Positions 43,187 to 57,483 of a DNA stretch of 57,483 nt are shown in pieces (within the stretch, counting starts at the first letter, position 1; every line of letters starts with the position of its first letter). Below the pieces are notes generated by a model. That model had not been told where the DNA came from. It saw only the letters and a list, made by a program, of their open reading frames with translations, and searched no databases. The stretch is from the NCBI GenBank assembly GCA_018398765.1, contig JAHBMJ010000065.1:1-57483 (forward strand), in the 5' to 3' direction. The translations under genes were made by a program, and so were the position numbers. This DNA is from Chromera velia (Eukaryota).

Positions 43187-44388
43187 GTGCGTGAGTGAGT
43201 AAGTGTGTGTGAGAGAGAGAGAGTCCATTTGAGAGCGATAACACGCCTGGCTTGTGCACGTGTGTGAAAGAGGAGGGGGGGGCGGGGGGAAAGAAACATA
43301 GAGAGGGACCAGTTTCGCTTAACTCTCTGTTGCTTTTTCGCTTTGATGTGCGTTTCATATTTCTTTGTCTCGTCAGCTCGATTCTTGGAGCGTACTTCGG
43401 CTTTGCAGAGACACTCAGCAGGGTGTGGCTGCCCTTTTCCTTCTCTTCAGGAGAGTTTTCCCCGTCTGTTGTTTTCCCGCAGTTGCGCATCTATCGAAAT
43501 GGAGACTGGGAGAAGTTGAGTGGAGGCGGTCTCGGGGAGAAGGGTGGAGAGGAAGAAGACGTACAGTTTCATTTTGACCTCTTGGCATCGAAAGGGGAAG
43601 AGGTAGAGTGGCGTCGTCGTCAGCTTGGTGGTCTGTTTGACTTTTCGTCTTTCGATTTTTCGTCTCTGAGCATGAAGAACGACAAACCGAGCGGCGGGGG
43701 AAGAGGTTTCGAATCGGGGGGGGAAGAGGGGGGGGACAAGGCGACGTTCGGATTTTTGGAAGGGCTCTCCTCAGCGTTCTGGGCAAGTGAAGAGGGAGAG
43801 GGGAGCAAAACGGGCTCCGAAAGCATGGCGACGGGAAAGGGGGGCGGGAAAGACATGAACGGAGCTGTCCCTTCCTGGAGAACAATGGGAAGCGCTCAAG
43901 AGTACTTCGACGTCGCTGCAGAGGTGGGAGAAAAGAGAGGTCCACAACAGCATCTGTCTGCAGACAAAGACTAAGAATTGATTGATGTCCGTCCAGTTCG
44001 CCAGCCAGCCATCCGGCATTCCCGATCACGACTGTGCGAGAGACGTGCATGTTGATCACCAGCTTATCCCACGGCATTATTTCATTTTGGACTCTTTTGT
44101 GCCGACACAGCAGTGCTTCCAGACTCTCACAGAGAGAGATTTGGCAATCCAAAAATATCACTTCATTCGCTCTGTCTGTGCCTGTACGCATGTATGCAGT
44201 CCTGGTACACAACGACTTTCGAAGACACGTGCGATGGCAAATATGACGGTGATGGTCTTGCAATGATGGTGGAAAAGGGCCCAGAGGAGGCGTGGAGACA
44301 GGGGATGAACACGCTTTTTTCTCTCCAGGTGTGCCTGCATGTGCCTGCGTGTGTGCCTGCATGTGTGTGTACGTGCGTGCGTGCGTGC

Positions 44389-44437
<49 letters not shown>

Positions 44438-44480
44438 CATGTGCATGTGCATGTGCATGTGCATGTGCATGTGCGTGTGT

Positions 44481-44542
<62 letters not shown>

Positions 44543-44756
44543 ATTTGCTTCTCAGACTGCTATCCCGAGCGACCCCCAGGGACAGGGCAGGACGGAAAAG
44601 CTCCTTTGGGAAACGCGGGCGAAGGAGGAGTCCAACCCCGACACCTTCAGGGAGATCATCGGCAAGCTCACACGACTCCCACAGGATGCCCCGGATCCCG
44701 AAAAAGTTTCTCAATCAGTCAGAGAAGAGGGGAACGATCGAGGTGGCTCGAAGTAA
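33346..44756 (+). CDS. Class-3 (fungal-type) lipase, alpha/beta hydrolase, with signal peptide and C-terminal TM anchor, ~760 aa, 18 exons
   Basis: Exons 33346-33634, 33766-33848, 34552-34603, 35731-35824, 36352-36425, 36883-37001, 37417-37499, 37757-37862, 38318-38415, 39001-39081, 39775-39929, 40621-40685, 40986-41083, 41409-41472, 42026-42098, 42982-43088, 43483-43923 and 44556-44756 splice in phase. Motifs: [30 protein letters not shown] (catalytic Ser), [10 protein letters not shown] (candidate Asp), YIHYCAPAC (candidate His), hydrophobic [20 protein letters not shown]. Small and late exons are less certain, and an assembly gap lies in intron 11. Confidence 0.85.
37850..37932. repeat. 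42-bp tandem duplication spanning the lipase exon-8 end and splice donor
   Basis: gctccaagagggggtaggtaggtggattgattggaggggag(g) x2. Confidence 0.95.
42179..42461 (+). mobile_element. Non-autonomous TATC-ended hairpin element, copy 2 (in lipase intron 15)
   Basis: TATC-GCCTCGGAGGGCAGCTCAGC-TTT-GCTGAG...GCCCCCCGAGGC-ACT-CACCCAACTAGTTGGGTG-TATC. Ends match 20082-20501; an internal partial repeat of the 5' end lies near 42320. Confidence 0.75.
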
Positions 44757-45103
44757 ATGGGCGGCCAGGAGGCAGTGGTGAATCAACTTCAGCAAGAAGT
44801 GAATGATACATAAATGAATGCAATGCTCCACGGTGACAAAGCAAGTTGTTCAAGATGATTTGAGTGACACTCCCCGGCCGTTTGTCTCTCTAACTCATGA
44901 ATGGAACCTTAGGCTAGTGTTCAGCAGTAATGCATCTACTCGTAGATTGTTGTATTCATAATGTTGTAAAGACGCTTAAATGAAACTGAATTTAACTGAA
45001 TTGAGGTAGTTACAGTCGATGAGCCTCTGCAGCTCTGCTTGAGCTGTAGCCAACTAGTTACCACCATGCCGTGTTTGTTTTTAAGAGTTAATTTTTAGAA
45101 AAC

Positions 45104-48100
45104 TGAATGAATGAATGAATGAATGAATGAATGAGTGAATGAATGAATGAATGAATGAATGAATGAATGAATAAATGAATGAATGAATGAATGAATTGAG
45201 ACAGTTAAAGCCGCTGAGCACACCACTTCGGCTCTGGCCATGATTCCTGCATACAGCTGGAATACAAATTCACTTAATTAACTTTTGTGTGTATTATAAG
45301 CTAGCTTTTTATTGACATATAGTTCTTAATTAATTAATTTTGTTTTACTTTGTAAGAGTTTTTGTTAAGCAGCTTCAGCTGGTAGAGATATAATTAAATT
45401 AACTATGAGATTGGAGAATGATTGGAGATTCGATATTGACATATTTTGATATTGATACCTGAAATTCATTTTTTGTCTCTTACTTACTTACTTAGGGTTG
45501 GTTGAGCCTAGGGTCTCTGACAAGCAGAGACGGATGGCAACCCATGCATGCAGAAGTCAACAGAGAGGGCTGGCTTGAGCCAGCTATAAAAGCATAAGCA
45601 TGAACCGCCATACCCTCCCTAGCCAGACGGTTAAACAACCACACACTGCTTACGTTCAACTCACTGCAGACAAGCTTCGATCAATGGGCAGGATTTCTGA
45701 GGCTCACGGTCTAGGATAAAAAAGACCAGCTCCCTAACATATACCTCCGCCTCTTCCATTCCTCTCGCTCCAGCAGCCGCTACCCACTATGCTTTTACAA
45801 CTCTCTCCCCTATTCCAGATCGTTCTTTAACCCTATCAGAGAGTGATGCAAGCTTCAATCGGTACTACTTGGTGCATATATGGTACGTACGCAGACAGTC
45901 AGTCTGTGCACTGCATCATTTACCAGTCTTTTACCCCTAATTGCAGGACAATGCATACAATGGTACTCACTGGATCCCTCATGTTTCGTTCCGCCCTCTA
46001 CACACTCTCGCAGTAGAAAGTGGAATTAATTTTAAACAAATGCCGCTTGCCAAGAGAAAATGAGGGAGAGTATGTATGATAACCGTATAACCCCATCCTC
46101 TCCTCATTTTTCCCCCCAACAAAAGCATAACAAAGCGTTGACGTGATCGATTCTGTGTCTGAAACTGATTAAGATGACTGTTGTAGGGGTAAATACCACA
46201 GGAGCGAGTGTCTTTCTGTTTTCCTATCTGTCTGTCTGCCACTCATTCGGACAGCCAATCGAAAGCCTCTCTTTCTCTTGTTGCTTGTCTCAGGGAAGCT
46301 TTTGTGAACTTGTCTCTGCCTGTCTAGCTTTCTTTTCTTAGTAAGTCAGGGGCAATGGCCGTTAGCATAGACTTCACTGAGTTCGTCCATGCGGATGTTT
46401 AAACTTAGCACTTTATGTCATTCCTCCCACATTGCATAAAGAACTTCCCTCTCCATTTCCTTCAACCCCTAACTTCAGCCTAGCCAGAAACCCCTCTACC
46501 CGACTCAGTTTATCATAAAACAGAATGTCCCTCATTAATTTGATACACTCCCACCAAGGCCAGAGTTCGCACCTTAAAAGAGTTGAAAGGCAGATGGAAG
46601 GCCTAACGTACAAAACAAAGCTGCAACGCATCATTAACAAGTGCTGCAATGTCTCTCTAACTTACTGGCAAGGCCTCTAAAGAGTACGTTGCCACAGGCT
46701 GAGCCTCCCAGAGCAGCTGCAGTAAACGAACTTTACAACGAGGAGGCAAAGGACCCAAAGATGAACAGGTGCCCATCACTACCCCCAAACAGCGTTCAGT
46801 ACTTTCAAATCGGTCCCTGACTGACTTTCTTGGGTCCTTTCCCTCAAATACATGACACCCTAAGTATTTATAGCTCTCTACACGTTCAACCGTCTTCCCT
46901 TCAAATTTTAAAGTCATTTCCCCTTCTATTTTCCTTCCTAAGCATGAGAGTGCAAGAACTTTTATTTTTTTTTAATTCACTTTTAACCCATGTTCCTGAT
47001 AATAAGAGGCCAAACGGTCTAAACATCACTGCAGGTCAGAAGAAGAGTAAAAAAAAATAATAAGATCATCTGTGTAACCTATGCTCTCAAGCAGTAAGTC
47101 CGCCAATCTTACCTCCTCACTGACAGGAATGCGGGGTTACTGCTCCGTCGTTTCATTCTTCTCCCTCCTCTCTCTACCTTTTCCCCCCTGGGCTCTTGTC
47201 TTTCATCCGTATCTGATTAAATTTCTCCATCCAGGCCGTTTTCTGCTTCCTTCCCTTCAACACTCAAGGCAAAATGAATATTATCAATAAACAAAAGAAA
47301 AAGAAGAGGAGAAAGTAGATCCCTTTGTTTTACCCCTGCGCTTTCAGGAAAGACCTAATTCAACCCATTCACCCTTCTTCACACATTCATATACATAGAA
47401 TGAATCATGCGTGCACACATCTTTCTCCCCAACTCCCTCTTCTCAAAGTCTCTCTATCATTTTCTTTCTCGGTACTCTGTCAAACGCCTTACAAAAATCT
47501 ATAAAAGTAGCGAGGAGTGGTTTGTACCTTTTTTTTGCTGAGGCCGTCAGAGTATAAAGAGCTGCTATGGCCTTCCGGATGCCCACCCCCTTTCTAAATC
47601 CCACATGTCTCTCATCTATTTTTATTGACTCTCTCAGACGGCCGTCTATCAGCAGTGCAAACAACTTTGTAAGGAGACAAACGATATGAATACATCTTCA
47701 TTCATCACAGGAAGGTGAGACATGACCTTTTGAGATGGGCGCAATTCGGATGAAATTCCACTTCTTGGGCTAGAAAGAAAATTTAAAACGAAGAAAAGAT
47801 TAAAGAAAATAAAGATGAGAAAACATGATAAACGAGAGGAGGAGAAGCATAAATCCACTTGTATAGAAGAGATTCTTTCAAGGCCAGCTAGCTGCCTTGT
47901 TTGAATCGATTGCCTTCAGTGTTTTCTCACATTTGTCGAAAGAGAAGAAAGTTACCTGGGGGGGAGCTAGCGTTTCATCCTTCTGTTGAGGCTCAAGTCC
48001 ATCCCCACTGAACACATCGGCCCAAAAATTTGAGAATAAAAAGGTGGACAGCTTTTCTCCCTCACTTCCACTTTCAGCTTTCTAAGCCTTTCTTTCTTTC

Positions 48101-48310
48101 TCTCATCTATTTTTATAGGGCTACAGGGTCCTTAGCAGCTTTTTCCGTGAGTCTCTCTACCTGTAGAGTGGCGTACTTTTTCTTCTTTCTGGCTATCAAT
48201 TTCCCTCTCTCTCTATTTAACTTGTTCATTCTTCTTTTTACTGCCACGCACCGTTCATCTTCGTCCTCTTAGAGTTCTCTTTCTTCTTTCTACTCTTTCT
48301 GTCAATCTTT
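45104..48310 (-). mobile_element. Degenerate, 5'-truncated non-LTR retrotransposon (LINE) with reverse-transcriptase pseudogene
   Basis: Minus-strand RT motifs in order: HVGFRKG..FIDFCKAFDRV (about 47610-47475), GVKQRDLLSPLLF (about 47335-47300), GYTDDL (YADD-like, about 47079-47062), ERVESYKYLG (about 46890-46858), and a degenerate CCHC-like ECVE..EYHCMHCP (about 46010-45945). Many stops and frameshifts. The (ATTC)n tract at 45104-45195 may be the 3' tail. Confidence 0.9.
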
Positions 48311-48730
48311 GTACAATAAACAGTTTTTTGATTAATTATGTTTTACTTGTTAACTTATTTTTCAAAAAACGAAATAATATGCAATAAGGTACTACGTTAA
48401 ATCAGGTTAAAAACCGTTTATTGAAGACTAAAGAGAATACTTAGGGTAAAAAGCCTATAAATACCTATAAGACTATGTAAAACTGCCTAAGACTAGCTAA
48501 TATTACATAAAAAAATTATAATTAATCGGGCCGTATTAGGCCGTTAAGAACAAGTTAGGTTTAGTTAGCCTTAATACATCTGATTCCGTGACCAGAATAA
48601 ATCACACATCATCAGATAACATCTAGAGCTGTCTATTACAGTGTCTAACTTAGTCTAGCCCTATGCAGACGCCTACAGAACGCAAAAGAACCCCTTAGAA
48701 ACATGTTTTCTGTGACTCCTGTCTTTTATG
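48310..48730. mobile_element. Strongly TpA-enriched degenerate repeat relic adjoining the LINE
   Basis: Hand count over 48421-48540: TA 22, AT 13, CA+TG 4, AC+GT 10. Confidence 0.45.
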
Positions 48731-49327
48731 AATCTAGAAGGGGGTCTGCTTTGGGGGGGGGNGGGGGGGGGGGGGCAACCCCTTTTTCGCCGCGCCGGCC
48801 GGCCCCCGCGGCGTTTGGGCGTGCATTAATTCCCGTCGCCGGGCCGCGGCCCGCGGGGTAGGAGTGTCGCGGTTGTGAGTCCCACCTCCCTGTCTTCGGG
48901 TGTCAGAAGCCCTCATCGTCTCGTGATATCTCGTGAATTCTCGTGATGTCTCATACATTGTTTTTTTTTCCCATCCTGTGTCAACGCTGTTGCGTAACTT
49001 GCGCTCTATAGCTGTTGCGTTGTGCAGGTTGCTCGAACACGCAAGGCGAGTGCGAGCCGATCACTTGAAGCTCCAGGACGTTGCGACCGAGGTGATGCGA
49101 TGTTCATGCGGATCCCCTATCAGCGACTTTGATCGTTATTGAAGACTTTGTGCGCGGGTTCTTCTTCCAATAGCTGCAGAAGTGTCTTTCTGGCTAGAGC
49201 TTTGCTCAGATCGCCGCGACACAGTCTCTGGCAGCTTGGAAGTGCCTGAGCTTCGACCCAGTCGGGTCTCTGTTTCTGGTTTCGTCTCCTTCAGTTTCTT
49301 TTCAAAAGGACGTTTTCTCCAGCAAAA

Positions 49328-52385
<3,058 letters not shown>

Positions 52386-52773
52386 AGTTCTAGCTCGTGC
52401 AATGGCTTCGAAGTCTTTATTGACTTGATGGTTGCTACCCCCGGTGGTGGAATTTGAAAGAGTGTACAGAAAATAAAGGATGCAGACATTGCAAAGTGAT
52501 ACAGCCTAGTAAAACATCATTATTTAAGCATAAAAAATAATGTAACTACTAGTGCAACTATTAAGGTTATTGTGCGATATTGTGCAATCGGTAGAACTTG
52601 AAAAACTAGGGGTGGGGGAATAGTGATAGTGATTCTAAAAGTCTTAAAAAAGAGTGATTAATTAGTCCCATTATGACTCTCATAGGCGATTTACAACTAG
52701 ATTTACTATATTCGAGATATTACGTACGTCTTATCATTATTTTTTATGTATAATTAAAACATAACAGTTAGTT

Positions 52774-53881
52774 ACCCCCTAGGCGCTAGGCAGGAGACGT
52801 TCGACGTCTTGGGAAGATTTTGGTGGGCCGAAGGCCCACCGGGGAAGAATCCGGTAGGTGCCAAAGGCGCCGGCCGGATTTTTTCGGTTAGCGCCGAAGG
52901 CGCCCCTAGGAAAAATTCGGTGGGCGTCGAAGGCGCCGCCGGAGTTTTTTGGTTGGCGCTGAAGAAGCCCCTCGGAAATCTTCGGTGCGCATGCGCTCTG
53001 TAGCTGCATGATCCGTCTCCTTCCGTTTCATTGGTATCCTACCTCCATGAGAGACGTACTCTTGCAAAAGCTTGTGAGATCTTGTGAGACAGGCGCCAAT
53101 ATACATACGTGAGGAGATGTGAGTTATGCAATATTTCTACGATTCAAAGGTCACCATTGGCTGACGATTCTATTCATTGAGGCGTGCAGCTCAGGCTGCA
53201 CATCGTATCGCGTCTCTACCCTTTTTTTCTTGACTTCCCGCGGCGGCTCCTATAGCTTCTTAGTGCGGCCTCTCCAGTTCTGTCTTTCTCTTGTGGCCTG
53301 CCGTTTCTGTCTGTTCAGTGCAACTTGACTATTTTTGTCTGTAAACTTTGAACTGCCTGTGTCATGCCCGTGACAGTCTGCCTGAAGATCTCTGCTGCAG
53401 TGTTTGTCTCTTCATTGCTGTCTATCAGTGCTCATGCCTGACACATTGCCTGTTCTGCTGCTGAGTTTAGCCCGTCCTTGTCTGTCTCTGCCCTCCTTTA
53501 CCTGTTCCTTTTTATTGCGACTGGCCAGTCTCCTAGCCAGTTTCTCATTCTTCATTGCTGTTTGTTGTGTCGATCTGTTTGAAAAAAGTTTGTGACCCTC
53601 TAGTTTTGGGCTAGGGGGAAGGAGGGTTAGATGAGGTTAGGAAAGGTCTGCATCGGGTTGCAAACAATTTTTTATATGACCTCTATTAGCCCTAATTAGC
53701 CACTATTTAATTCAAAGGATTATTTTAATTATTGATTACTAGTAACATTCGTATAATATGGGAAAATTTCGGTAAGTGATGATCCTAGGAGGGAAAAATT
53801 TTGGTGGAATGTCTTTTCAACGGGAAAATTTCGGTGAAATGATTGGTGACGTCAAATTTTGCTGGGAAGCGCCCAGAGGGT
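52774..53881. mobile_element. Non-autonomous DNA transposon (Mutator-like by TSD length) with 10-bp TSD and subterminal hairpin repeats
   Basis: Perfect direct repeat ACAGTTAGTT at 52764-52773 and 53882-53891. 14-bp TIR ACCCCCTAGGCGCT / AGCGCCCAGAGGGT (2 transitions). GGAAAATTTCGGT-like motifs occur near both ends. No transposase ORF. Confidence 0.85.
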
Positions 53882-54022
53882 ACAGTTAGTTCATTGGTAC
53901 TAAGTGCATGAGCTAGCTATTGCATTAGTTTATTCAATTTAATATATAAATGGACTTTAATTTTTAAAATTTTAAACACTTAGTTAATTAATAATAATAT
54001 TAATACTGTTAATTGATTGCAT

Positions 54023-55933
54023 ACCCTAATGAATTGGAAGTTGAATTGGGCGTTGAATTGGTAGTACTACCAATTTTTTACCGCCAGTAACTCCCAATTT
54101 TAAAAAATTGGTACCTAGTCTAGTGAAAGAACTACATGGAGTTTGAATTCCCGGGCCAGTCTAGTATTCTGAATTTTTGTCAGAAGGTGGGCGGAGGGGC
54201 TACCACAGAGGCCGGCGCAGAGCAGGGCAAAAAAGATGGTGATGTTGAAATAGATGGTTGCAGGGGAGGCGAGGAGAGGGCAAAAGGGAGGGTTGCTCCG
54301 TTCTCGAGTGCGGCATCTCAGAAATTCACTCTAGAGAGGAGAAAAAAGAAAAAGAAGGGAGCTGCAGCTGCTGTTGCAGCATCTAAAAATGAAGAAGACG
54401 AGAAAGAAGAAGAAGGGGAAGAGGAGGATGAGGATGAGGAAGAGGATGAAGATGAGGACGAAGATGAAGAGGATGAGTATGAGGAGGCATTGTTTGTAGA
54501 GAGTTATGATGAAGATGTCCATGCAGCTGATGACTCGGAGGACGAGAATGAAGAAGAGGGGGAAGAAGAGGAAAAGAGAGAAAAAAGAAGGGGTGCAGTG
54601 CTACCTGAGTCTATGTCTGAATCAGTGGCCAGACTGAAAGAGAAGATCAAAGTCTTTGAGGCCCTTCAGGTTGTGAAGGAACAAAGAGAATCCCTCAGAA
54701 CAGAGATTGAAAGAGCAAAGAAAGAGGGAAAGAAAGAGGAAGGAGAGTCATTGTAGAGTGACTTGGGGGTTGTGGAGGAAAAAATTCAGACTCTTGAGAG
54801 AGAGAAAGCACGTCTTTCCCATTCAAATGATCTCCTACTCCTGAGAGATATGCAGACAGCCCTCAAACAGAAGTAAGAAAGAAGGGTCCCCGAGTCGTCT
54901 GTCGCCGCTGCGGTAGCCTCAATTCAGTCGGCAGCTGCTAGTCTCCGTAAGCCTCAAGGTGGGAGAGAAAACGAAACGGATTAAGGGAAAGAACAAAAAA
55001 AAAAGAAGAAATCGAAAAGTAAAAGTTCTCGTCAGCGCCCCCCTCCTCCCCAGCGCTCTACAACCATGGTCGCACAAAGCCGACAGAGGGAGAGGTCAAA
55101 GGAAATGGACAAGGATGGATTTGTTATCCCCACCGAGTTTCGGGAGAGATTCGCTGTGGGGAGAGAGCTGAACATCGCTCATACAATGTTTTCAGATGTT
55201 AAATTCACCGTGAAGATTTTGGAGCTGAAAAAGCTCACAGATGATCACAGAAAAAAGGTAGACATCGGAATTTTCCCAGATGATTCCTTGGTCGTTTATC
55301 AGTATACCCATGTTGTCTCCCCCCAAAATCTATCAGAGGAGAAGAAGAAGGAATATAATCTCCATTTAAGGCGTCTGGGAACCACTAAGTGGGAGATATT
55401 CGGGAGAGAGGGGCATGATCTAAACAAAGATCAGCAGCCACTGTCCGACATATGGAGGGATTATGAATTCTGGTAGGCTTACATAGTCAATTGGATCGAT
55501 TTTCGCTCTATTTTTTGTACTGGTACATGCAGCTTGTGTAGAGCTGTCCACTGTCCGTTTTGCATTGCATTAGCGGTGCACTATGACACATAAAACAAAA
55601 GTTTCAAGTTGAGTCCCATTTTTTTTTTTTTTGTACTACCAATTTTTTTTTTGGCGGTCCTAAAAAATTCCTATTCAAAAATTAGTAACTCCCAATTTTT
55701 ACGTGACTCTAAGTGTTTATAGAATTTGTTCCTAGTAATGAATTAGAGTCTAATAACTGTGGCTAGAGACTAGTGAGCCCCTGTCTAGCCCGTAGACAAA
55801 ATTTTAGCTTCAAACTCCATATAGTTCTTTCACTAGACTAGGTACCAATTTTTCAAAATTGGGAGTTACTGGCAGTAAAAAATTGGTAGTACTACCAATT
55901 TGACGCCCAATTCAACTCCCAATTCATAAGGGT
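54023..55933. mobile_element. DNA transposon with 125-bp terminal inverted repeats carrying an internal disrupted ORF
   Basis: TIRs 54023-54147 and 55809-55933 with 7 mismatches (6 transitions) and ACCC...GGGT termini. Each TIR contains the 20-bp palindrome AATTGGTAGTACTACCAATT. No clear TSD. Confidence 0.88.
54136..55476 (+). pseudogene. Single 447-codon frame (acidic tract, coiled coil, basic NLS-like runs, globular-looking C-terminus) broken by three in-frame stops
   Basis: Track ORFs 54136-54756 and 55066-55476 are in the same frame. The gap reads through as protein-like sequence apart from TAG 54754, TAA 54874 and TAA 54982; no frameshift. Confidence 0.75.
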
Positions 55934-56371
55934 AATTGAATCAGATTGATTAATTTATTCTACCCTGGGGCCTTCCCGCTACATGACCCCTATGTCTAAG
56001 TAAACAGACAAATTTTATCATCTTAATTCGATAAGTTTGGGCCTAAGCCTAGGCCTAAGCCAGCAGGAACTCCAGTTCACCGTGAAATCGATCACTAGGT
56101 GAAATCATAATTTTTACGTCTTGGAAAGATCATTCTCTAGATCATTGTCTAATGAATCGCTTCATCTGCACAGTACAAACTATTGACCTGAGTCACTTAA
56201 GTGACTGCAACGGACTTGAAACGAAAAAGAGATTGACCATCGCTCCACACGCCAGACACGGCTGTTCCCGGTGCGTAGACCGGTATCAGTTTCCCCATCC
56301 ACTACCTCGACAACTGCAACCTTTCACATCTATTTCAGTCTTTCTTTTCGCCTATTTGAGCTTCCCTTTCA

Positions 56372-57385
56372 TCAGTCGCAATACATCCTCGAAGAGTCAC
56401 AAAAATTCTTTAGAAAAAAGCGCGTCTCCCCAACCACCCCCTTTCCCTTTCGACGCCGTGAATCCCAATACGACCCAAGAGAGACAGCTAGACCGGACAG
56501 CTGCATGACAGATTCCGTCCAAACCGTGAGGAGAAAGATAGAAACAAGGGAAGCGATCTGAGAAGGAAAGAAAGAAACGGTACACATGCAGACTCAAACG
56601 CTGGGCGTGTGTCTCTAGCGTGAGAAGAAAGAAAATGTACGTTCAGATAGTCCACCGATCGACGGTGGAGTAGGAGGACGGACAGGCCGAAGCAAGGAGA
56701 CAACTTTCGACGCAGGCTGCACAAACACAGATAAGGTGAAACTGAGAGCATCACGGTCAAACAACGTGGTACGGCTGAATTCATTCTCTTCTCAGGACAC
56801 ACATCAAAGCCACAACAAGCAGGGCAAACAACCCCATGACAACGATGGCACATGCACCTAGACGGAAGAGAGAGAGAGAGAGAGGGAGGGAGGAAGGGAG
56901 AGAGCTTGACTGTGAAGGTCTGGTCTAACTTGCATCTGAAGCCCTCCATGCAGAGGGTTCCAAGGAAGGAAGGAAGGAAGGAAGGTGCGAAGGCAGGAAG
57001 GAAGAAAACAAAAAAAAACATTCATGGCGTCTTTGACCATCAATCTCATCACCTCACCGGTTTGAAAGGGGAAGAAGAAAAAAGGACCACATGTTCATGA
57101 AGACCGTGAGAGCGAGCTCAGCGAAGCCGTGGAAAGAGAACAGGGCAAGACCCGACAAAAGCACAAGAGCCCAAGTATTCCAGGAAGACAATTGAATCAC
57201 CCTTCTCTACACTTGAAAAGCCCGTCACTCCTTCTGGTAACTAACACAGCCTGCTTCCCCCCCCTCCACCCCACGCATGCCGACTGGCTGTAAGGTCCAT
57301 GCATGCAGTCAGACGAACAACACACATGCAGCAAGCATCCTCAGCGCTAGTCAACGTCAACGGAGCAGAGACCGAGTACAGGAAG
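56372..57385 (-). CDS. Probable 3' exons of a multi-pass membrane protein whose start lies beyond the right edge
   Basis: Hydrophobic open segments behind AG acceptors: AAAAFLYSVSAPLTL (about 57385), VIQLSSWNTWALVLLSGLALFSFHGFAELALTVFMNM (about 57200-57090), GACAIVVMGLFALLVVALM (about 56857-56800), IASLVSIFLLTVWTESVMQLSGLAVSLG (about 56557). I could not make one fully phase-consistent model. Confidence 0.35.
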
Positions 57386-57483
57386 GCAGCAGCCGCCTAC
57401 AATTCCTCAACCAGACCGACTCTCTCACGTGCTTTCTGCCCTATTTCGAGCAGACAACAGCTACCAGTATCGCCCCCCCCCCC

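Noticed and set aside
48740..48900. Structured RNA or ribozyme in the GC-rich stretch near the LINE 5' side
   Set aside because: No HDV or hammerhead core, tRNA or snRNA signature recognisable by eye; a covariance-model search would be needed.
52811..52990. CRISPR-like array of palindromic repeats
   Set aside because: Units are contiguous with no unique spacers, there are no cas genes, the context is eukaryotic, and the array lies inside a TSD-flanked transposon.
53600..53645. Telomere-like GGTTAG repeats (also near 25230)
   Set aside because: Only two or three degenerate units, explainable by TAG enrichment in mutated repeats.
54136..55476. Host genetic code with TAA/TAG = Gln
   Set aside because: Host gene models end in TAA (4180, 44756, 52385) and have no internal TAR codons; in-frame TAR is limited to repeat relics, so mutation is the simpler explanation.

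Overview
Eukaryotic, intron-rich genomic DNA with microsatellite-filled introns. The overall style (TGCATGCA motifs, low-complexity proteins, a flagellar gene) suggests a flagellated alveolate such as a chromerid or apicomplexan relative; this is inference only. I hand-spliced six gene models with GT-AG introns and consistent phases: guanine deaminase (5' part, minus), a flagellar microtubule-inner-protein-like gene (minus), a ~1100-aa RING + low-complexity + RRM protein (minus), an SLC6/NSS amino-acid symporter (minus), a divergently transcribed class-3 lipase with signal peptide and TM anchor (plus), and an RS/RE-rich protein (plus). Probable exons of a membrane protein lie at the right edge. 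Intergenic space holds decayed mobile DNA: a 5'-truncated LINE, a 1.1-kb element with a 10-bp TSD and a GAA-hairpin array, a 1.9-kb element with 125-bp TIRs around a stop-riddled reading frame, and two copies of a small element with TATC direct ends, asymmetric inverted repeats and a terminal hairpin. The most striking signal is that these repeat relics, unlike the host exons and introns, look TpA-rich and CpA/TpG-poor, with CAR->TAR-type stops. This resembles fungal repeat-induced point mutation (RIP) in an apparently non-fungal genome. Most ORFs in the supplied track are microsatellite artefacts. Main assembly gaps: 13661-13665, 27229-27273, 40349-40560, 51378-51394.
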